A stretch of DNA of 64,000 nt from Octopus vulgaris. Its lineage: Eukaryota. Position 1 is the first letter of the stretch. Each line of letters begins with the position of its first letter. The position numbers and the translations under genes are program-made. Below the pieces are notes generated by a model. That model had not been told where the DNA came from. It made no database searches and saw nothing but the letters and a program-made list of their open reading frames with translations. Location: NCBI GenBank assembly GCA_951406725.2, contig OX597826.1, positions 37,510,001 to 37,574,000 of the forward strand. The letters run 5' to 3'. Below are positions 54,012-64,000 of the stretch, in pieces.

Positions 54012-54900
54012 ACTGTGATGTTTATATTAATTTTATATATATATATATACATTAATCTTTGCAGAATTAGGATCACTATGAAAGACATTCGCACACATCA
54101 ATATATCCAAAAGTTCCACTGCGAACCAAAGAACCGAGAATCGTTAATAAGTTTAAAACTAAGAAAGCTAGAAGTTTATAGAAATTCAATTTAAAAGGAC
54201 GAGAAGAGAAGCTGGAAAACGCTATCAACCACAAAGGACATCAGACATACATATCCATAATGTGCTGTGAAACGTATATCATATCTGTTTTGTCACTTCA
54301 GTAGCAGCATTCAATCCGGTGATGTGAACGCTGCCTTGAATGAATACACATTAGCAAGGGTGAAATATTACATCTACACTTGATTAATGTCACAAATTCA
54401 AATACAAATTTTAAACATGAATAATTACATGGTTATGGCTACGAAGCACAGAAAGTTAAAAAAATATGGAAAACGGGGAAATATGAAAGCAAACCGTACG
54501 AACTATACAACAAAAACTGTGAAACATTAAGACATAGTAACCAACTCGACGTATTGTCCAAATGCTATGGATCATAATTAAAAATACGCTTTCCATGGAT
54601 GAAATCCTAAAATAATGATAACCCTAGGTATAACCAACTAAGCACTATAAACACATAGATTAATTAAAGAATATAAACATATAAACCAACCAATGGACAG
54701 TGTCATCCAGCAACGTGTACATCGTTATTAAAACGAAACAATCGCACACTTGCGGAATTGTGTATCTCTTTAACTATCGGGCGTTAATCGTCTTAAAACT
54801 ACATGACATGAGAATGAACAAATGCAGACCGATTTCTATATAAACTTTAATTATAGAAAATATATTGCAACTAATAAATACTCCGAAACAATAAAATATA

Positions 54901-55270
54901 AAACCAAGAGCACTGAGAGAACGCAAACCTAGGCCAATGAAACACCAACACCCTCTCAACAATTAGCCAAAGAGGATTTTTAAAATAAGAATGTCTGGAA
55001 TAAACTCGACTGCTCTCACAAACGAGAATACTAAAACTGAATACGACCGCTCTCAAAAACTAAAAAAAAAAGTCAGAAAAATACTCCAGAATCCTTGTCC
55101 TGTGCCGGATTGATCCCATAATCTAATCAGTTCTTAGCAGTCACAAGACTAACCATCCCTGAAAGTTTCATCTGAATCCATCCAGCGGTTCTTGAGATAT
55201 CTTGACCACGGACAAACAAACAAGCATAACTGAAAACAATACCTCCGCCTTCGCTAAGGCGGGGGTGATC
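54901..55270 (+). mobile_element. Helentron-associated non-autonomous element (HINE/DINE-1-like)
   Basis: 5' AACCAAGAGCACTGAGAGAACGCAAACCT; AAAGTTTCATC..CCAGCGGTTCTTGAGATATC; (ACAA)n; 3' 11-bp hairpin ACCTCCGCCTT-CGCT-AAGGCGGGGGT at 55241-55266. Confidence 0.7.
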
Positions 55271-55704
55271 ACTAAAACAAACTAATCATATAAAAATACT
55301 AACATATTTAAGACATGAAAACATAATTAAAAGGAAAGAAATGTAAACTAATTGAATAACATCATTTTCACTTTAGGACATTATCGCCAACGACATGAGA
55401 ATAGAGCAATATAGACCTAGAACTATTAATTATAAACTATATGGAAGTAAATATATTTAAACCAATGTTTTCATCTAATATATATGTTTCTTTATTCGTA
55501 TTCATAGCAACCCTAGTTGCTAGCAGTGAACCATAAAATAACTTTGTTCGGCTTATCGAACTTCGATCTGGGAAAACTTTACTACTTTCTGCACCAATAA
55601 ATCACTATTGTTCCTGAAAGTTGTTGTTTATACATTCTAAGGATGGCTCGAAGCTTACTAACTTCCTACACTTGGATCCTTGGATCTTACATTTACATAT
55701 CATT

Positions 55705-55732
55705 ACACACACACACACATACACACACACAT

Positions 55733-55826
<94 letters not shown>

Positions 55827-55827
55827 G

Positions 55828-55901
<74 letters not shown>
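55705..55901. repeat. (CA)/(TA)/(AGAT)n microsatellite
   Basis: Read directly. Confidence 0.95.
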
Positions 55902-55902
<1 letters not shown>

Positions 55903-55989
55903 GTAATTAAGATTCAGTTGAATTAAGTAGGCACCTTACTAGTTCGGTATAATATGCACACCTCATCTTCTAAATAGATGTAATGTTTT

Positions 55990-56040
55990 CACTAAATTGA
56001 TGAACTAAATGGAGCCACTAGAAACGGCCGTAACGAATTG
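55990..56040 (+). ncRNA. Degenerate type I hammerhead motif
   Basis: TTGATGA-ACTAAATGG AG CCACTA-GAAA-CGGCCG-TA; palindromic stem III ACGGCCGT; stem I poorly paired. Confidence 0.5.
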
Positions 56041-57859
56041 ACACCTTTACGTCTTTGCTACTTATTTATATTATATATATATATAGCATAAAGGAAAAAT
56101 TTTATCGTCACTAATTTTTGCTGGGGGGACCCGAAGCACTTGTATTGCAAGAAACCTCGTAATATTGTAAGAAGCGCGCAATATATATACACTGACAGGC
56201 GAGATAACCGCCCATATATAATATATAACATATAATATAATGTAATATAAAATTGATTAACACAAATTGCAACAAAAATGTTCACGATATAAAAACGATG
56301 TAGCACCGATATGGAGAAAAAAATAAGGTGCGCAGACACCAACTATTCACTTGACCCCTACCCAACTCCAAAACTGTTTGCAATCTATGAGTGAACGTCC
56401 CTAATTAGCCTCTAACGGAAGTGATGCTATACACAATGACACACAAAAATATGCATGACAAATAACCTACAATCTGTTAGCAAGATATAATGTAAAAAGA
56501 TATAGCAGTTTCGTTTAAATAGTTGTACAAAATATGTACTTATTGATGTTTAAAGCCGATTGAGTTGATTTACATCATTACTTATATATCGTCCCAGACA
56601 AATCAAGGATTAAGTTAATCCATTGAGATTTCAACTAGTTATATACAGGATTAGGAAAATAACCATAGTAGTTATGTCGGCACATTTCCCGCTCTCCTCG
56701 ATTGAACTATTTTTTATATTATTTCATAATTATGGATTGTTACCGACTTTTGCAGGGTGTACTATATTTTGTAGATGAAATTTAAAACATTTTAATAATT
56801 CTTGAACTGGGGTGAAGGATAAATGTATGGAATATGTTAAACTCTAGATGTAGATCCTTAGTTCTGAAAGCTGTGTACTGTTTTGGTATTGAGAAAGTAG
56901 TATTTTACTTTTGAACAGAAGAAAGGGAAAGTGTCTCAAAATTTGCAATCAATCATTGGCATTATCTTTTAAAAGGGACACGGGTGAACTGCTATAAAAT
57001 TGTAAAAATCTAAGCTATTTTCAAAATATAAAAGACTATGTTGTGAGTATCTAAAAGCTTTTCAAAATATATATATCTAGATGTATGTTGCCAGTTTTGG
57101 TACAGGATCCAAGATTCAGATTTGCTTTTGATACAGATTTAATGCGGTTAATTATCATGCAGGAAACTGAAAGGTTGTCTTTCATCGCTTATCACTTTTT
57201 CCATTCTCCGCCTGGCTGCCTGTCAGTCTGTCTGTCTGTCTATTATTCTTTCTCTCGCTCTGTCTCTTTTTCTCTCTTCCACTCTCTGAATTGTTTTGTA
57301 TATTTATAAATCTGATTCGATTATATTTTAGAGACAATGTCTTCTAATACTGGATATCTGACAACACTTGGAGAATAGAGTAGAAAGACGTTTGAAAAGA
57401 CTGCAGAAGTGGGGCTGATCAGATTTATGAATGAGAAACTGAAATATAATAAGGGAGGCCCTTAATAAAACTTAATAGGAATTATTTCTCCAATACTTCA
57501 ACGTTAGAACGGCCATTAGTATCGATTTCTCAAATGAAACGTATGTGGTTGTCAGGTAGAGAGACGGCAACTGGAGATGTTTGAGTTATTTCAAATGGCA
57601 TTAACGACACAGGTTATAGGAAACAGACAATCATTGTTCATCGACAAATCACTCTCGCATTGCAGTTGAATACAGTCCCATTGGATTTAGTTAATCTAAA
57701 TGTTATTGCTATGATCAGTGGCGAAAGGAAATGCAATAAAGAGTAGCTATTTGTTATACAGTGAGAACCATACATATACAGGCATACATTTATATATGAA
57801 TATGTATATACCTATTTATCTGTGTACGTACGTAGATATACATATGCATGCATATAAAT

Positions 57860-57871
57860 ACATATATATAA

Positions 57872-57907
<36 letters not shown>

Positions 57908-58096
57908 TATATATGTATATATATGTATATATATATGTATATATATGTATATATGTATATATATATATATACATATATATATATGCCTATAAATACATAT
58001 ATGTATAAATATACATATATATATACATTTATATATATATATATAAATGTATATATATATATTTATACATATATATAAATATACATATATATATAC

Positions 58097-58136
<40 letters not shown>

Positions 58137-58175
58137 GTATATATATATGTATATTTATACATATATGTATTTATA

Positions 58176-58216
<41 letters not shown>
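57860..58216. repeat. TA-rich tract containing a perfect 49-bp inverted repeat (57983-58031 and 58132-58180)
   Basis: ATGCCTATAAATAC... versus ...GTATTTATAGGCAT. Confidence 0.9.
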
Positions 58217-58218
<2 letters not shown>

Positions 58219-59417
58219 GTACATACACCTTGTTATATTTATCGTATGACCACATATCATAGAGTGGAATATTTAATGATATAGTCATGTAGTGATAATA
58301 CACTTTGGCGCATATTTTCATATCCAGGAATCCTAGACAACGATCATAACATAACTGCATACATAAACATGAACAACATTTATGAACATTTATCTTTCTC
58401 GCACTGATTTTCCGGCATTGCATTATGCGTCTGATGATGGAAAATCATAACACATTATATATCAATTTAATTGGGATTTAGGTTGAATTATTTCCTTATC
58501 AGGCTTTGAGTGGTAATGGAGATTTGTTTCGCTGGGAGATGTATTCAATAACCTGTGTATTTTCTTTTGTATTGCTGAGATCATAGACAAAATGGTCGAC
58601 TAACATGGCTGTAAACAGGTTATCACAGCTCAAAACTCAATGACCTAAAAACATTCGAATCTGGTCGCTTTAGTATGATCACAAAATATTTCCTTAATAT
58701 GCAAATATTTTCCACAGCAACGTTCATCTAGATATTAACACCAAGCTGAGGCGCCACTCAAAAAGGTGATATTGTTTGAGCGGCTATTAGTGGACAAATA
58801 GCTAAAATATATCGCGGAGTGCGCACTTTTCTAAATTTCAGTACCGTAAAATCCTCCACTACAACAAATATCAAAACAGTGAGTTAAGTATCTTGGTTAT
58901 GTGTCATAGCGTTGATATATGTGTGCACCCATCCTGTAAAGATCCTATTTACGTGTTCGATATTACATGTTTTTGGTAGTCCAAGTTTGATTTCTGTATT
59001 AGCGCAAAGCAAAATGTTTTTCCCCTGAAACAGGGTATGTGAATCACCATATATTTGTTTCTTTGCTTCTATAAATTAGGGGCCTGTGTTTGCACGCGCT
59101 TATTCCACTAAAGATTAGGACCGAGAAAATACACAATAAACAATTACCCATAATGAAATTTACAATCAAATTTCGTTGGTTTTCCAGGCATTCTCAGAAT
59201 GCAAATTCCAACAGTATGTTCACGGAACCCATCAATATAGAATTCTTTAATGTGTAATTTTATTTGTTCATAGAGGCTTTGGCAAACATGATTGCAGGGG
59301 AAAATTGTCCATCTTTTGCGAGTGCATGCATGGTCAAAATGTTATATACCCTGACTTCTGTATAATCGAATATATGTATGCGCGTTTGTGTATGCAGAAA
59401 TATATACTTACTCTATA

Positions 59418-59477
<60 letters not shown>

Positions 59478-59568
59478 CATACATATATATGTAAATCTAT
59501 ATATACACACACTTGTATATATACAAAAATATAGATACCTAACCATATATATGCAAGTATGAAAATAT

Positions 59569-59611
<43 letters not shown>

Positions 59612-60614
59612 TATAAAAACAGAGATAACCCAAAGAATGAGGTGGGTGTTTACTAGCAGCGTGCTTTCCATAATCTCCATGCAAATTATCTGACATTGCA
59701 GAGGGATCTACCAAATAAATATCGTGAAGAAACAGACTACAGCTCTCTGTAGAATATATTTGGAATAATGCTTGACTTTAAAAACACTTTTTGCACAAAA
59801 ACAGTTCTGATACAACTGCGAACGACATCATGATGAGTCGCGGTGTTTAACCGCTGAAGCTGGTAAGTTTTTATCATGAAAACAAATATGCATACAATAA
59901 AGACAAAGACAAACGGCTAGAAACGAGGGAAGCACTCAATAGAAAAAGTGGGATTTATACGTATCATTTGGGTCGAAACTTAGAACGTCATTCATTGAAG
60001 TTAAGCTGACAGAATCACAGATAAAGCTTTATAAATATTCGAAACTCTATTTTGCTTAACATATCACACCTATTATATACTTTCAAATATATTTTTCTAT
60101 CATGCTTCTTTTCCTCTCAGCAAAAAGAAATATTTGAAATAAAAGTTACATGAAAATCGAGGATAGAACTCAAGTAGCCTTAATTTCAAATGTATACTAT
60201 GGGTAAAATATAAACCTAAAACCTTAAGTCAACAATGCGTGAATTGATCTAAGTAGATTAAAGATGGAGAATGGTCATAGACTTCTATATTTTGTATACA
60301 ATCTCGTTGTGGAAAGAAAAAGTGACGTATCAACTAAGCAAGTTTCGATTTTTATTGTAATTTCATCAATAACTAACTATAGTTTTTCAAAGTGTCTTCG
60401 ATGATGTTTTATTCATAGCCACTGTGTTACTGTGGCTGCGCTAACTTGGTTACACTGATTTGCATAAAAGACGTATTTTTGGCAACTAGTTCAATAAAAT
60501 GAATTGCTAACGCGTTAGCAGTGTTTGTTTCTGATGTTATGATGGAGTACAAAGTTAAACCACATTTTATTTCGGATTCTCTGAAGTAACAGAATCCCTT
60601 ACAACTCTCCCGTA

Positions 60615-60763
60615 TTCTTTTATTCTTTTACGTGTTTCAGTGATTTGATTGCGCCCATGCTGGAGCATCGCCTTTTTAGTGAAACTTATTTACCCCAGGA
60701 CTTATTCTATTGGTCTCTTTTGCAGAAACGTCAAGTTACGGGGACGTAAGCACATGAATGCAG

Positions 60764-60799
<36 letters not shown>

Positions 60800-60962
60800 T
60801 CGGCAGGCTTCTTTCAGTTTCCGTCTACCAAATCCACTCACGAAGCTTTGGTCGGCATGAAGCTATAGTAGAAGACACTTACCCAAGGTGCCACGCAGTA
60901 GGAATGAACCTAGAACAATGTGGTTGGGAAGCAAGCTTCTTACCACACACCCACGCCTGCAC
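60615..60962 (-). mobile_element. SINE family A full-length copy
   Basis: Colinear with 21095-21131 joined to 22471-22830; gives the uninterrupted head GTGTGGTAAGAAGCTTGCTTCCCAACCAC. Confidence 0.9.
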
Positions 60963-61914
60963 TTATATGTTTAAATAAATTTAATCAATTAAACGTGCTG
61001 TGTTGGCTCAATCAATTGTCTTTTATATAGTCTACCATAAAATCTGGAATTCTGTATATGTGAGTTTAGAACAAATAAGGATTGTACTGGTAACAACGTA
61101 TAGGTTTTGAGCACAAAACGAATCTATAGATTGGTACAATAGTGTAATAGTATTGATGCTACAATAAAGGACACTTGTTATTTACATCAATGAGCCACAG
61201 TGTTCCGTAGAGTATATAGAATGTGAAAGCTCTCAAAGTAAACGCTGACAGGGTTCACATTGAATCTATACTTATAATTAAGTACACATCAATAGACATA
61301 AACACGTTAAATCAGTTACGGTTAGCGATGACAAGGTCTAATTACTCGACAAAATAGACACTCTATCCAGGCCGATGATGGTCAAGATGTCCAGAAAGAT
61401 CCAGAAAGCATGGGTAATCCAGCATAGTGAGGTGTCTTCCAGCAGCGGATGAAAAGCAGAAGAAAGGAATTGAATTTGGTTAGTGAGGTTAATTATCTTG
61501 ATAAATAGCATAGTAAGTCACCAATGGAAAATGTGAGTCATACGGCCTCAATATGTAATGAGATATCACCGAAAATCAATCCATTGTGATATTTAAATCT
61601 CAGTGTTTTCAAACATCACTATTGAAACAGCAGGGTTTCACAATACAGTATTCCACAAACTGTCATATGATCTATTAATATAACATGGCAATTATTGTTG
61701 CCAGCTCCACTGGATATCGAAACTGGTGCCAAATTAATCCAATGAAATTGATAGCAGTAAGGAAGGACCATCTCTAAATAGAAACGATTTAACAATTACA
61801 TAGTTTTGTACTTTTGTTGATTTGTGTTATGTGTCTTCTCTGGTGACTAAACATTCGACATGAACTGTATGAACACTGAGCTCAATGAAGTGGAATGAGG
61901 AGTCCGTCAATTAA

Positions 61915-62113
<199 letters not shown>

Positions 62114-62965
62114 ACGCCGAAACAAAGAGGCTGTGGAAGGAGACGCAGAGGTACCAAATGTCAACTATTGATAGACAAAATGGTGATGCAAGATTGTAAA
62201 CGAAAAAATCTGGGAATGGCCTGGATTGACTCTCGCAAAGTTTACGATATGAATCGAGGTCCGTTGATCATCAGTTGCTAAGATCTGTTTTGAATTGCGA
62301 GAAATATAACATGTTTCCTGAAAAGAAGTATGTTGGGATGGAAAACTAAATTGGCATCTTACGGAAAAGGCTTCGGTACCCTGGGTATCGGAAGAGGTAT
62401 TTTCCACGTGACAGCTTATCTCCGTTGTTCTCTGCACGATACCCCTGACCATGGTACCCAGGAAAATGAACCTGGGGTACCAACTAAAGTAAAAATCACA
62501 AACAATCAACCACCTCTTTATGCATGATTTGAAACTGTACGGCAAAGATGAGACAGAAGTGAGTTCCTTGGTAAACACGGTTCACTATTTTAGTACTTAT
62601 ATTAGAATGGAATTTGAAATCAAGAGGTGCGGAATAATCTACCTAAAAAGAGGTATGGTACAGTCCCTAGCAAGGATAGAATCGAATAAAGACTTGATTA
62701 AACAAATTGTAACTGAGATGGAAAATATAACTATTCTTTGAGACTTCTGAATATGTACACAACGGGCCATCAAAGCAGATAAACCAGATATTGCTTTGAA
62801 AGACCAAACCTATAAAATATGTTTATTGATTAACATGAGCATACCCTGTGACCATAATATCTCGCCAAAAGAATTTGATAAGCTCAGAAAATATAACGAT
62901 TTGTTAATCGAAATCGAAAGATGTGGCATCTCAAAACAGTTACAATACCAGTGATTGTAGCATAG
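62114..62965 (+). mobile_element. R4/Dong LINE fragment: RT domains fused by deletion to the RLE endonuclease, flanked by (AAT)n
   Basis: [29 protein letters not shown]; GRGIFH; NHLFMHDLKLYGK; then ADKPDIALKD..CLLINMSIPCD..KEFDKLRKYNDL..WHLKTVTIPVIV. Confidence 0.9.
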
Positions 62966-64000
62966 ATTTTAATAATAATAATAATAATAACGGAAGATGA
63001 TGATGGCTTTCATCATCATTATCGTCAACTCAGGTGTCTTCTATTACCCAAAAGGTTTCATGAATTGAGGACAGTATAGAAGTAAGAAATGATAATTACT
63101 TAGGTACTAAATTTGGCTTGAAAAGTACGATATTACGTCAGAATAACAAACAGTAATTCCACTTGATTCAATTTTCTTCAAGTTGATGACAGGTTAGATA
63201 TTTTTATCATAGGTTCTCTAGAGAGAAGCTGCTGCTAAAACTCACTTAGAGCTGGGAAAATATCATAAGCCTGTTTGTATTTTTGTTTTATTTGTAAATC
63301 ATAAACTTTTCAAGAATTACTTATTTTCTAATCTACGCACGGGATTCTGCAAATTAAACCCAGTTTTTGAGAGCTGGCAGTTTCAGTAAATGTAAGGGTA
63401 TATAAAATGTTGATTTGAGTATAGTCTTTCAGAAGGATATACCAGTAATAGAATGTAAGATGAGAAAATGCGCGTGAACATGTATTCGTGTGTCTAATTA
63501 ATAAGAACACACCTAATTATCATTATAAACATTTTTAACATTAATTATAATGGTAGTCTTTACAATTTCTCAGTGTTAGTGTATAGGAAGGACATGATAA
63601 TTTTATACACAGTAGCTACTGTATATTAAGTCATCTTAGCAAGACGATGTCACATGGAACTGACTTCATTTATCTTTTGAAGTAACAAGGTACTGAGAAA
63701 ATGGCAAGATCTTGAATCCAGTTGTTATCATGAGAGATTTCCGACATCAGGTGTGACAGTCAGCGGGATAAGATAGCATCATGAACCTGGAGAGAGGTTG
63801 TGAGATGTCTATTGAGTATGGCCACCACGTGCTGATATTGCATGCTGGAGGATAGATATTTAGATCTGTTGACATAGCTGTTTGCGTGCTTTGGTCTGCT
63901 ACGCTATTGACAACCATTCCCCTGTCATCGCTCCCAATCAGGAACACGGAATAATATCAGACCCATACCAGCACACACAAACACATGCATTTATACTTCA

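Noticed and set aside
58405-58447. CTGATGA enclosed by a 9-bp stem TGATTTTCC/GGAAAATCA
   Set aside because: No GAAA at the required position and no stem III or cleavage site
63740-63950. AP-endonuclease-like remnant (DLNIYPP..STWWPYS)
   Set aside because: Only faint similarity to GDFN.H..W; insufficient support

Overview
AT-rich, microsatellite-dense eukaryotic non-coding DNA. The repeat content (tRNA-derived SINEs with internal microsatellites, R4/Dong LINEs, Penelope-like elements, L1/Tx1 fragments) looks most like an octopus or other cephalopod genome; that is inferred from repeat families, not from a search. I find no intact protein-coding gene, RNA gene or CRISPR array. Nearly all ORF-track entries are microsatellite read-throughs, and the rest are decayed transposon fragments. 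The most interesting layer is a set of Penelope-type and non-autonomous retroelements sitting in or beside (TA)n/(CA)n tracts. (1) At least five minimal hammerhead-ribozyme motifs occur, one with a natural G3-C8 compensatory core swap. (2) A young 772-bp non-coding element is present as a 1.4-mer partial tandem, carries a possibly permuted hammerhead-like fold, and ends in 126 bp apparently copied from 1.5 kb away. (3) A Penelope GIY-YIG ORF has a tRNA-like cassette right after its stop codon. (4) An ORF1-only L1/Tx1 derivative is inserted between the A and B boxes of a SINE, with a TSD. (5) Four fold-back palindromes are anchored on (TA)n. All family assignments come from motif recognition by eye and need database confirmation.
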